DNA of 64,000 bases from NCBI GenBank assembly GCA_045803545.1, contig JBJMOW010000005.1, positions 128,001-192,000 on the forward strand, written 5' to 3'. Below the pieces are notes generated by a model. That model was not told where the DNA came from and ran no database searches. It worked only from the letters and a program-made list of their open reading frames with translations. A program made the position numbers and the translations under genes. Origin of the DNA: Gemmatimonadaceae bacterium. GTDB lineage: Bacteria > Gemmatimonadota > Gemmatimonadetes > Gemmatimonadales > Gemmatimonadaceae. Shown in pieces: positions 1 through 8,833 of this stretch (positions within the stretch are counted from its first letter, which is position 1; each line of letters begins with the position of its first letter).

Positions 1-1153
1 CGCCGTTGGCGCAACGGTGAACGCGCCCGCGGACGCGCTGGTGATCGAAGGCAACGGCAAGTACGTGACGCCTGGAATCATCGACGATCACTCTCACCTT
101 GGGGTCTACGCAGCGCCCGGTGGCAATGCGCTCAGCGATGGAAATGAGGCGACCAGTCCAACGACGCCGCAGGTGTGGGCTGAGCACTCGGTGTGGCCGC
201 AGGATCCGCAGTTTCCGCGCAATCTGGCCGGCGGCGTTACGACGCTGCAGGTTTTGCCGGGCTCCGCGAATTTGATCGGCGGCCGCAGTGTCGTCCTCAA
301 GGTCGTTCCCGCGCGGACTGTTCAGGGGATGAAATTCCCCGGCGCGAAGTACGGGCTGAAGATGGCGTGCGGCGAGAATCCAAAAAGAGTGTACGCGGGT
401 CGCGGCGGTCCTTCAACTCGCATGGGCAACGTCGCTGGTTACCGCGCGGCCTGGATCCGCGCCGTCGATTATCGAAAAAAGTGGGACAAGTGGAACGCCG
501 ATCACAAGGGCGATCCGCCGGCGCGTGATCTTGGCCTGGAGACGCTCGCTGAAGTTCTGCGCGGTAACATACTCGTCCACAATCACTGCTACCGCTCGGA
601 CGAGATGGCGCAAATGATCGACATCGCGCACGAATTCGGCTACAAGATCCGCTCGTTCCATCACGGTGTCGAAGCCTACAAGATCGCCGACCTTCTTGCG
701 AAGGAAGACATCGGAGCATCGATCTGGGCGGACTGGGGCAGCTTCAAGATGGAAGCGATCGACGCGGTGAAGGCCAACATGGCACTGGTCGATCACGGCG
801 GTGCGCGCGTCATCGTGCATTCGGATGATCCGTCGGGATCGCAGCGTCTGAATCAGGAGGCGGCGAAAGCGATGGCAGCTGGCGCAGAAATCGGTTTGCC
901 AGTGAGCGAAGAAACAGCGATCAAGTGGCTGACGATCAACCCTGCGTGGGCGCTGGGTCTCGACGACAAGATCGGCTCGCTCGAAACAGGCAAGAACGCC
1001 GATGTAATACTCTGGACGGGCGACCCGTTCAGTGTCTACTCGAAACCTGAGAAGGTCTGGATTGACGGCGCGCTGATGTACGATCGCACCGATCCCACCG
1101 AGCAGTGGCGCACCGATTTCGAGCTCGGCTTCGTACCGTTCAACCGGAACTGA
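1..1153 (+). CDS. Amidohydrolase family protein (5' end lies outside the window)
   Basis: PGIIDDHSH (HxH metal motif), LKMACGENPK, HNHCY, HHGVEA, HSDDP and GSLETGKNADV. Frame is open to the window edge. Confidence 0.85.
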   Translation, partial: AVGATVNAPADALVIEGNGKYVTPGIIDDHSHLGVYAAPGGNALSDGNEATSPTTPQVWAEHSVWPQDPQFPRNLAGGVTTLQVLPGSANLIGGRSVVLKVVPARTVQGMKFPGAKYGLKMACGENPKRVYAGRGGPSTRMGNVAGYRAAWIRAVDYRKKWDKWNADHKGDPPARDLGLETLAEVLRGNILVHNHCYRSDEMAQMIDIAHEFGYKIRSFHHGVEAYKIADLLAKEDIGASIWADWGSFKMEAIDAVKANMALVDHGGARVIVHSDDPSGSQRLNQEAAKAMAAGAEIGLPVSEETAIKWLTINPAWALGLDDKIGSLETGKNADVILWTGDPFSVYSKPEKVWIDGALMYDRTDPTEQWRTDFELGFVPFNRN

Positions 1154-1156
1154 TCG

Positions 1157-2452
1157 ATGATTCCATATAGGACACTCAAGATTGCATTCGGCGTCGCCGT
1201 CATCGGGATCACTGCGAGCGCGAACTCACAGACGGTCGCCATCGTCGGCGGCAAAGTTTATCCGGTCAGCGGCGCGCCGATCGAGAATGGAACTGTCGTC
1301 ATCACCAACGGCAAAATCACAGCGGTCGGCACCAACGTCCCGATTCCCGCCGGTGCACAGCGCATCGACGCAACGGGAAAACTCGTCACCCCTGGTTTCG
1401 TCAATTCCTCGACGCAGCTCGGCGTGCAAGAGATTGGTTTCGGCGGACCCCCGGTTGATGCGTCAGCACGCGGTAAGGACAACGTCGCCGCCGCATTCAC
1501 CGTGTGGGAAGGTCTCAATCCGAACTCTGTACTGCTTGCGCCGGCCCGGAAAGAAGGCATCACCAGCTTCGTCATTATTCCAACGGGCGGCTTGATCGCG
1601 GGTCAGGCCGCGCTGGTGGATGTGGTCCCTGGCACGACGACCGACATGATCATCCGCGCGCCAGTCGCGATGGTCGCCGAAATTGGGGACGCTCAGCAGG
1701 CGGGACTCGGCTCCCGTGGCGAGCTCATCGTCAAGTTGCGCGAATTGCTTGACGATGCGAAGTATTTCCAGACTCACCGCGACGCGTTCGATCGCGCGCA
1801 GACACGGACTTTCGCGGCGAGCAGACTTGACCTCCAGGCGCTCATCCCGGTGATCGAAGGCAAGCTGCCGTTGATGATCACGGTCGACCGCGAATCCGAC
1901 ATCGATGCAGCAATGCGGCTGGCACGCGATTACAACGTCAAGCTCGTCATCGGCGGAGGAGCGGAGGCGTGGATGATGGCAGACAAGCTCGCCGCCGCCC
2001 GTGTACCTGTCCTCACCGGCGCCGAGAACAACATTCCGGGCAGCTTCGCCGCGCTCGGACAGCGCCAGGAAAATGCGGGGCTGCTGAGCAAAGCCGGAGT
2101 GCCAGTCGCGCTAATCGGTAACGCCGGTGGTGGCGACGAAGAAGCGTTCAATGTCCGGAACCTGAAGCAGGAGGCAGGCAACGCAGTCTCTTACGGAATG
2201 ACCTGGGACAATGCGTTACGCGCGGTGACACTCGCTCCCGCCGAGATCTTTGGCGTCGCCGATCGGGTTGGTTCGTTGCAGCCAGGCCGTGAGGGGAATG
2301 TCATCGTGTGGAGCGGCGATCCGTTCGAGTTCACATCTCGCGCGGAGCACGTGTTCGTGCGAGGGAGAGAATACAACGAGAAAACGCGGCAGGATCTTTT
2401 GATTGAGCGTTACCGAAATTTGCCGGGTACGCATAATCAGCCGCCGAAGTAA
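1157..2452 (+). CDS. Amidohydrolase-fold protein with signal peptide, lacking metal ligands
   Basis: IDATGKLVTPGF and GSLQPGREGNVIVWSGDPF match the fold, but HxH is replaced by NSSTQ. Signal peptide ends ..ASANS. Confidence 0.8.
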   Translation: MIPYRTLKIAFGVAVIGITASANSQTVAIVGGKVYPVSGAPIENGTVVITNGKITAVGTNVPIPAGAQRIDATGKLVTPGFVNSSTQLGVQEIGFGGPPVDASARGKDNVAAAFTVWEGLNPNSVLLAPARKEGITSFVIIPTGGLIAGQAALVDVVPGTTTDMIIRAPVAMVAEIGDAQQAGLGSRGELIVKLRELLDDAKYFQTHRDAFDRAQTRTFAASRLDLQALIPVIEGKLPLMITVDRESDIDAAMRLARDYNVKLVIGGGAEAWMMADKLAAARVPVLTGAENNIPGSFAALGQRQENAGLLSKAGVPVALIGNAGGGDEEAFNVRNLKQEAGNAVSYGMTWDNALRAVTLAPAEIFGVADRVGSLQPGREGNVIVWSGDPFEFTSRAEHVFVRGREYNEKTRQDLLIERYRNLPGTHNQPPK

Positions 2453-2492
2453 GAGGCACTACAACAGCAGCCAACAACTGCGGAGGGATTTC

Positions 2493-3923
2493 ATGCGTGT
2501 TCATCCTCGGCGCGTAGAGAAAGTACTCGCGTTCGCGCTCCTCGCTGCGGCGCTGTTTGGTCAGCGTAGGATCGGCGCCCAATCCACGACGACACCAGGC
2601 GCGCCGATTTCCGCGGCGTATCAACGACTAGCTGCGGCACTTGATTCGATCGCGCGCGCAGCGGTCGCGAAGGGTCCCATTCCAGGGATGTCGATTGCCG
2701 TCGTAAAGGGCAACACTCCACTGCTGATGAAGGGCTATGGCTACGCAGACCTCGAAAACGACGTTCCCGCGACGGTCGAGACTGTCTATCGAATCGGTTC
2801 TATCACCAAACAGTTCACGGCTGCGGCGATCATGCGGCTCGTCGAGCAACAGAAGCTTTCGCTCGAGGACCCGCTCACGAAGTTCTTCCCCGACTATCCT
2901 GTTCGCGGCAACGCCGTCACTGTTCACCAGCTGTTGAATCATACATCGGGCATTCACAGCTACACGTCGATGGGCCCGCGATGGCAGCGCAGAATGCGTG
3001 ACGACATGGAGCCCGACTCGATGATCGCGTTCTTCCGCGACGAGCCGTTCGATTTCGCTCCGGGCACCCAGTGGCGTTACGACAACTCGGGCTACTTCCT
3101 CCTCGGCCGAATTATCGAGAAAATCAGCGGTCGGACCTACGCGGAATACGTTCGCGATGAACTCTTTCACCCGCTCGGTCTCACGGGCACGTACTACTGT
3201 GACTTGAGTCCAATCATCAAGCGCCGCGCCCAGGGCTATGGGCGTGTCAAGGATGTGTGGACGAACGCAGCTCCGCTGAGTATGACGCAACCGTACGCCG
3301 CAGGCTCACTCTGTTCCACAGTCGCTGACCTGGTGACCTGGACGCGCGCGTTGCACTCCGGTCGCGTGGTAAACGCAGCCTCTCTTAGGCGGATGACAAC
3401 GCCCGACAAGCTGGTCGACGGCAAACCACTCGACTACGGCTTTGGGCTTCTGACCGGCTCGCTGAACGAGCACCGCCTCATTGGGCACGGAGGGGGAATC
3501 AACGGCTTTGCGACGTACCTCGGGTACTATCCTCAAGATACGCTCACCGTCGTAGTGCTCACCAACACTGAATCGGGTAACCCCGACGCGGTTGCTCGCA
3601 GTCTGTCGCGCCGGACACTCGGCATTCCGGAGCCCAGACCGAAGGATCTCGCTTTGTCGGCTGAGGAGCTGATTCGCTACGCAGGCACGTACTCGGTGCC
3701 AGGCGGTCCGACCTTCCGCATCGTCGAGGAGCACGGCTCTCTCACACTTGAACTGCCGGGCGAAAGTCCCGATCGCCTGCTCTACCAGGGTAAGGGCGAA
3801 TTTTTGTCGTCGATCGCGGCCGACTTCGGGTTAGCGTTCGAGCCGATTCCCGGAGCCCATGCTCAACGCGTGAAGGTGATGGACGCAGGACACGTCATTT
3901 TTGAGGCGGAACGGAAACAATAA
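2493..3923 (+). CDS. Secreted serine hydrolase, beta-lactamase/PBP-like (class C-type) family
   Basis: SxxK (GSITK), YxN (YDN) and GHGG motifs; signal peptide; GGAGG Shine-Dalgarno before the ATG at 2493. Confidence 0.85.
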   Translation: MRVHPRRVEKVLAFALLAAALFGQRRIGAQSTTTPGAPISAAYQRLAAALDSIARAAVAKGPIPGMSIAVVKGNTPLLMKGYGYADLENDVPATVETVYRIGSITKQFTAAAIMRLVEQQKLSLEDPLTKFFPDYPVRGNAVTVHQLLNHTSGIHSYTSMGPRWQRRMRDDMEPDSMIAFFRDEPFDFAPGTQWRYDNSGYFLLGRIIEKISGRTYAEYVRDELFHPLGLTGTYYCDLSPIIKRRAQGYGRVKDVWTNAAPLSMTQPYAAGSLCSTVADLVTWTRALHSGRVVNAASLRRMTTPDKLVDGKPLDYGFGLLTGSLNEHRLIGHGGGINGFATYLGYYPQDTLTVVVLTNTESGNPDAVARSLSRRTLGIPEPRPKDLALSAEELIRYAGTYSVPGGPTFRIVEEHGSLTLELPGESPDRLLYQGKGEFLSSIAADFGLAFEPIPGAHAQRVKVMDAGHVIFEAERKQ

Positions 3924-3975
3924 CCGCTTGCCCCCGTCACCGTAAACTCCAGGGGAGAGTGCGATGGTTCGTGCT

Positions 3976-4326
3976 CTAACTGGGCGAGCCCTGGTAATCA
4001 TTCGCGCCGCCCGACGCGGTCCCGGTACCTGAAGTCGAGCCTGTCGACGTCGACTGTTGGCGCCGCAACTCGATCTCGGCCTCCAGCCTCGCTGCTTCCG
4101 TATCATGCGTCTCGAGCGTTGCGCGCAGCCGATCGTAAGTGGCTGCGTCGATCTCGCCGCCGCCCTTTCGTGAACGGTACACCGCGTAGCCGAGCGCCTG
4201 CGCGGCTTTGTCGGCGAGCTGTCGCGTCCGAAATGCTTCGAGTCGCGTCTTCCCGTCGTCGAACGCGTCCTGCGCGACACGGCCGGCGCGATCCAGCTCC
4301 TGTTTCAGCCTATCGAGTAATGCCAT
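3976..4326 (-). CDS. Hypothetical helical/coiled-coil protein
   Basis: ATG at 4326 (MALLDRLKQELDRAG..), amphipathic helical pattern, low-complexity S/T/G tail. Confidence 0.7.
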   Translation of the reverse strand: MALLDRLKQELDRAGRVAQDAFDDGKTRLEAFRTRQLADKAAQALGYAVYRSRKGGGEIDAATYDRLRATLETHDTEAARLEAEIELRRQQSTSTGSTSGTGTASGGANDYQGSPS

Positions 4327-4417
4327 CGTACTCTCGTGTAAGAGGTTGGTGCTTCTAACCCTACGCACGCGCGGAAGGCGACGTTTCAGTATCGCTCGGC
4401 GCTGACTGAATGGCAAC

Positions 4418-4440
4418 AAAAAAGCCCCTCGCGGGGCTTT
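4418..4440 (-). terminator. Intrinsic terminator after rplU-rpmA
   Basis: Minus strand AAAGCCCC-GCGA-GGGGCTTT running into a T tract. Confidence 0.85.
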
Positions 4441-4459
4441 CGGTGACGATTCGCGGTGC

Positions 4460-4732
4460 TTACGCCGCGCTCGTCTCCTTCTCCGGATACACGCTGACTT
4501 TGTAGCGGCGGCTGTTCTTGTGCTCGAACTTCACTACGCCATCGATCAGCGAGTAGATGGTGAAATCGGAGCCGAGGCCGACGTTGCGTCCCGGATGCCA
4601 CTTCGTACCGCACTGGCGCACGATGATGTTGCCGGCGACGACTTTCTCCCCGCCGAACTTCTTCACGCCGCGGAATTGCGGATTGCTATCGCGACCGTTT
4701 CGCGATGAGCCGACACCTTTCTTATGAGCCAT
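4460..4732 (-). CDS. rpmA: 50S ribosomal protein L27
   Basis: [16 protein letters not shown]...[11 protein letters not shown]. Confidence 0.99.
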   Translation of the reverse strand: MAHKKGVGSSRNGRDSNPQFRGVKKFGGEKVVAGNIIVRQCGTKWHPGRNVGLGSDFTIYSLIDGVVKFEHKNSRRYKVSVYPEKETSAA

Positions 4733-5079
4733 TACTTCTCTCCTTTCTCGCCGCCGCGCGATTTGCCAAAGGCGACATCCTTGATGCGGACCTCGGTGAA
4801 CGCCTGCCGATGGCCCTGCTTTTTTGCGTAGTTCTTGCGACGCTTGTGCTTGAAGACGACGATCTTCTCTCCAAGTCCCTGCTTGACGATCTCGCCCGTG
4901 ACATGAGCGCCTTTCACACCGGGCGCGCCGACGTGTCTCGTATCGCCATCGACGCCAAGAATGACGTCATCGAAGGTGACTTTGGCACCAGCGTCGCCGG
5001 CCATTTTCGGAATTCGTATAGTTTTGCCGGCCTCAGCGCGGTACTGCTTGCCGCCGGTTCTAATGATCGCGTAAGTCAT
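4732..5079 (-). CDS. rplU: 50S ribosomal protein L21
   Basis: [11 protein letters not shown]...[14 protein letters not shown]. Confidence 0.99.
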   Translation of the reverse strand: MTYAIIRTGGKQYRAEAGKTIRIPKMAGDAGAKVTFDDVILGVDGDTRHVGAPGVKGAHVTGEIVKQGLGEKIVVFKHKRRKNYAKKQGHRQAFTEVRIKDVAFGKSRGGEKGEK

Positions 5080-5117
5080 GGAATCTGCTTGCGTTATGTG
5101 CTGTAAACTAGCCTTGG

Positions 5118-5146
5118 AAGTTAAGCGTCGATGAGTCGTAGGTCAA
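5118..5146 (-). promoter_or_regulatory. Sigma70-type promoter of rplU-rpmA
   Basis: Minus strand TTGACC-N17-TAACTT. Confidence 0.7.
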
Positions 5147-5182
5147 CCGGTCCTGATTGACTGAGGCCTGAGGACTAAGTCC

Positions 5183-6757
5183 TCACGCAATGGCATACTG
5201 TTGCGTTACATCCCGACCCTGCGCCTTGACCACCAGCTTGAATTCATCGGGCTTGAGCAGCGGATCATCGCGGAACTCGAGCGAGAAATTCGCCGCCTTC
5301 TGAAGCTTCTGCGCCAGATCGCGCTCTTGCTCCAGTACGTACATCGCGACATCCGGATGCAGCTTCACCAGCAGATTGTCACGGCGACCCTCGAACGCCA
5401 TCCGCTTAACCGAGCGCTCCATCCGTCGGACGATTGTCTCGGGGGTCAGAACTCGACCAGTGCCGTCACAAGTCGGGCAGGCCTCGGTCGAAGACTGATA
5501 GTGACTCTGACGGACACGCTGGCGCGTCATCTCGATCAGGCCGAGGTCGCTCACTGCGAACGCTTTCGTACGAGCACGATCGCGTGAGAGGTGTTGCCGC
5601 AGCTCCTGGAGAACGCGGTCACGGTTGGCCTTGGTCTCCATGTCGATGAAATCACAGACGATAATGCCGCCGACATCGCGCAGTCTGAGCTGACGCGCGA
5701 CTTCCGCCGCAGCTTCCATGTTCGTCCGCAAAACTGTCTTCTCGGGATCTTTCTTGCCCGTGTACCGGCCCGAGTTGATGTCGATCGAGACTAGCGCCTC
5801 GGTCGGCTCAATGATCAGATACCCACCTGCCGGCAGATCGCAGCGCCGCTTGAAAATGTCCCTGATCTCGGCTTCGATGTTCGCGCTGTCGAAGAGCGAT
5901 AGCGTCGCTTCGTAAAGCTTCACGCGTTCGATCAGATCGGGGGCGATGTCCTTCAGGTACGAGACGATCTCGTTGTAGACCTGCTTGGAATCGACGGTGA
6001 GGCTGTCGACCTTGTCGCTGAAGATGTCCCGTACCAGGCCACGAGTAAGGCCGCTTTCGCGGTTCACCAGCGCCGGCGCTTTCTGGAAGTGGGTTTTTCG
6101 TTTGATCTTCTTCCACTGCGACATCAGGCTCTTCAGCTCGCGCTCGAGCATCTCGGGCGTCACGTCTTCGCTGACCGTTCTGACGATCACTCCGCCCGAC
6201 TTGTCCGGCAGTACCGCCTGGACTTGCTCCTTCAGTCGGGCTCGCTCGGCCGAGGAGCCGATCTTCCGGCTGACGCCGACCTTGGAAGAATCAGGGATAT
6301 AAACAAGGAATCTCCCGGCGAGGGAGATTTGGGCGGTGACACGCGGCCCTTTGGTCGAGATCGGCTCTTTGGAGACCTGAACGAGGATCTCCTGGCCACG
6401 CTTGAGCGCTTCCTGGATCAGCGGTGCCTTCGCGCGTCGACCATTCCCATTGCCGCCGTTGCCGTTCTTCCTTTCGCCCGGCTCGTCGTCATCATCCTCG
6501 TCGTCTTCGTCTTCCGCCTCATCGGCGCTTTGACGGACCAGATCCGACGAGTGAAGGAACGCGCTTTTCTCCGTCCCGATATCGACGAAGGCTGCCTGGA
6601 TTCCGGGGAGTACAGCGTCGACCCGGCCAAGGTAAATGTCACCGACCATGCGTCGGTTCTCTGGACGATCGACGAGCAGCTCAACGAGCTTCGCGTCCTC
6701 CAGAATCGCGATCCGCGTCTCGCGCGGGGTCGCGTTTATGAGGATTTCTCTTTTCAT
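5183..6757 (-). CDS. rng: Ribonuclease E/G family (RNase G-length, no C-terminal scaffold)
   Basis: GDIYLGRV..PGIQAAFVDIG (S1 domain), IDINSG, GGIIVCDFIDM and Zn-link CPTCDGTG. ATG at 6757 follows a purine-rich RBS. Confidence 0.95.
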   Translation of the reverse strand: MKREILINATPRETRIAILEDAKLVELLVDRPENRRMVGDIYLGRVDAVLPGIQAAFVDIGTEKSAFLHSSDLVRQSADEAEDEDDEDDDDEPGERKNGNGGNGNGRRAKAPLIQEALKRGQEILVQVSKEPISTKGPRVTAQISLAGRFLVYIPDSSKVGVSRKIGSSAERARLKEQVQAVLPDKSGGVIVRTVSEDVTPEMLERELKSLMSQWKKIKRKTHFQKAPALVNRESGLTRGLVRDIFSDKVDSLTVDSKQVYNEIVSYLKDIAPDLIERVKLYEATLSLFDSANIEAEIRDIFKRRCDLPAGGYLIIEPTEALVSIDINSGRYTGKKDPEKTVLRTNMEAAAEVARQLRLRDVGGIIVCDFIDMETKANRDRVLQELRQHLSRDRARTKAFAVSDLGLIEMTRQRVRQSHYQSSTEACPTCDGTGRVLTPETIVRRMERSVKRMAFEGRRDNLLVKLHPDVAMYVLEQERDLAQKLQKAANFSLEFRDDPLLKPDEFKLVVKAQGRDVTQQYAIA

Positions 6758-6958
6758 TTTTCCCCGCCTCAGTCCTCCGCTCGGCGACTCGGCGAGCAAC
6801 GGTGAGACGGTTAAAAAAAGTTCGCGCGGTCGTGCTACAGGGCCGCGTTATGATTTCTTTCGGTACCACCAACCTGCCCCGCAGTCCATGTGTCCGGGTG
6901 TCGCGAGTCGCACGAATCACCCCATGCACCAGGGCCAACGATCGATGAGTGCAATCTA
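6758..6958 (-). promoter_or_regulatory. Putative structured 5' leader of the RNase E/G gene, with -10 TAGATT
   Basis: TAGATT at 6958-6953, long imperfect stem-loop at 6935-6876, U7 tract at 6819-6813. Confidence 0.5.
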
Positions 6959-7059
6959 GGGAGGGCTGGCTTGCTTCCGCAACAGCGACAACGACTTACG
7001 TGCGGTTGAGCCACATCGGAAACTGCCTGTCCACCTGCCAAACTATGTGACTGACAGAG

Positions 7060-7611
7060 TTAGAATCCCGTCACAGTCCTGTAGATGAGCCAGATCATCA
7101 CCAGAATGTAGGTCAACCCCGCCTTCCATTCTCCGTGCTTCATGTAGAGGTCGAGACTGAAACCGCCTTCGTCATCCGGATGCGTCGCCTTCCACGGGGT
7201 GGGGCGAGGCATGAAGGCCGGTACGTTGGCGGCGTAGGTCTGGTACGCTTCGGGAAATCGCCCTGCGATGTTCGCCCGCTCGCGCTGCATGGTGGGCGCG
7301 TATACGAGAGCGAAGAACGCAACTACCACCAACAACAACGCCCAGTGGACCGCGATCGCGAAGCCGGCAGCGATCATAAAGCTGCCGAAGTAGAGCGGAT
7401 TCCGGGTGTGGGCGTATGGACCAGTCGTCGCGAGTCGCTCGTTCTTCGAGATATGTCCCGATGCCCAGGCCCGGATCAGAACTCCGACGAGCGCGACCGC
7501 GCCGCCTACGGCCAGCGTGAGCGGCGTCGGTCGCGCAAAGATCAGGTACGTAATTCCAAGAACGAAGCCCAACGGCAGGCGGAGTCGCTTCGCCACTTCG
7601 GAATACGTCAA
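7060..7611 (-). CDS. Isoprenylcysteine carboxyl methyltransferase / PEMT family membrane protein
   Basis: LATTGPYAHTRNPLYFG motif, several TM segments, ER...FPEAYQTYAANVPAF. Confidence 0.85.
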   Translation of the reverse strand: MTYSEVAKRLRLPLGFVLGITYLIFARPTPLTLAVGGAVALVGVLIRAWASGHISKNERLATTGPYAHTRNPLYFGSFMIAAGFAIAVHWALLLVVVAFFALVYAPTMQRERANIAGRFPEAYQTYAANVPAFMPRPTPWKATHPDDEGGFSLDLYMKHGEWKAGLTYILVMIWLIYRTVTGF

Positions 7612-8825
7612 TCCGCTAACTCCTTGATCAGGTTACGCGCGATTACCATGCGCTGAATCTCCGAGGTACCCTCACCAATCTCGCAGATCTTGGCGTCACG
7701 GAACATGCGCTCGACCGGGTACTCTTTGGTGTAGCCGTACCCGCCGTGGATCTGGATCGCCTTGATCGTCGTGCGCATCGCGAGCTCGGAGCAATACAAT
7801 TTCGCGATCGCTGCCTGCTTGGTGAATGGCTGCTTGTTCTGCGCGAGCCAGGCAGCGTGAAACATCAAGTGCTTCCCCGCCTCGATCTCCGTCGCAATGT
7901 CGGCGAGCTGGAATTGGATCCCCTGGAAGTTGGCGATCGGCTGACCGAATTGTTTGCGCAGCGTCGAGTATCTCAATGACTGCTCAAAGGCGCCCTCGGC
8001 GATGCCGAGTGAGAGAGCTGCGATTCCGACTCGACCATTGTCGAGGGTCCGCATGAAATTCGTGAAGCCTTCGCCCTCTTCGCCGAGCAGATTCTCCGCC
8101 GGGACTTCGACATCCTCGAAGATGAGCGAACGCGTGTCTGAAGCTCTCCACCCCAGCTTGTCTTCTTTTTTGCCGGCACGGAAACCTTGCATCCGAGCGA
8201 GTGAATCATCGTGGCCGATGCCGAGCCCGTCCAGCTTCTCGAGGTCGCTTGCTTCCTTGGTCAGGATGAAGGAGCTGATGCCTTTTGTTCCCTGCTCGCG
8301 ATCCGTTACTGCGGTGACGACGAAGATCTCGCCAACTCCGCCGTGGGTGATGAAGATCTTGCTTCCGTTCAGGATGTAGTGAGACCCTTTGCGCACCGCG
8401 GTCGTTTTGGTGCTTGCTGCGTCGCTCCCTGCAGCAGGCTCGGTCAGTCCGAAACCACCGAGAACCTTTCCGCTCGCCAGCAGCGGGACGTATTTCTTCT
8501 TCTGCGCTGTCGTGCCGAAGTTGACGATCGGCGACGTGCCGAGCGTCGTGTGCGCTGAGATCGTAATGGCGTGCGACGCATCGACCTTTGCCATCTCATT
8601 GATCACGATCATGTAGCTGATCAGATCGAGTCCGGCGCCGCCCAGATCTTCCGGCCAGGGGATGCCCAGCAGCCCGAGCTCTCCCATTTTCTTGACGTTT
8701 TCCCACGGGAACTCGGCCTTCGCATCGAGCTCGGCGGCGACCGGAGCAACTTCGCTGCGCGCGAACTCGCGGACCATGTTCCGGACCGCGAGGTGCTGCT
8801 CAGTGAAGTAGAGCGAATCGTCCAT
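7608..8825 (-). CDS. Acyl-CoA dehydrogenase (short/branched-chain type)
   Basis: FGLTEPAAGSD, LNGSKIFIT, RKQFGQPI, QIHGGYGY, IGEGTSEIQR. Confidence 0.95.
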   Translation of the reverse strand: MDDSLYFTEQHLAVRNMVREFARSEVAPVAAELDAKAEFPWENVKKMGELGLLGIPWPEDLGGAGLDLISYMIVINEMAKVDASHAITISAHTTLGTSPIVNFGTTAQKKKYVPLLASGKVLGGFGLTEPAAGSDAASTKTTAVRKGSHYILNGSKIFITHGGVGEIFVVTAVTDREQGTKGISSFILTKEASDLEKLDGLGIGHDDSLARMQGFRAGKKEDKLGWRASDTRSLIFEDVEVPAENLLGEEGEGFTNFMRTLDNGRVGIAALSLGIAEGAFEQSLRYSTLRKQFGQPIANFQGIQFQLADIATEIEAGKHLMFHAAWLAQNKQPFTKQAAIAKLYCSELAMRTTIKAIQIHGGYGYTKEYPVERMFRDAKICEIGEGTSEIQRMVIARNLIKELAD

Positions 8826-8833
8826 ACCGAAAC

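Noticed and set aside
2493..3923. Beta-lactam resistance gene
   Set aside because: The motifs (HGG rather than KTG, extra C-terminal domain) fit the broad serine hydrolase/peptidase family; resistance cannot be inferred.
5160..5185. Palindrome TGAGGAC-TAA-GTCCTCA at the RNase E/G stop as a REP-like repeat
   Set aside because: Only one copy seen and no U tract; at most an mRNA-end hairpin.
6440..6530. Acidic and Asn/Gly run inside RNase E/G as a DNA repeat or inserted element
   Set aside because: It is an in-frame low-complexity loop in the S1 region; variable inserts there are common in this family.
6813..6847. Attenuator terminator in the RNase E/G leader
   Set aside because: The minus-strand stem is only 5 bp plus a mismatch, and the U tract is 5 nt away; too weak to call.
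6800..7050. 6S RNA, a known riboswitch, or short ORFs 6681-6938 and 6835-7041
   Set aside because: I could not build the 6S long duplex with central bubble or match riboswitch consensus elements, and the ORFs lack coding features.
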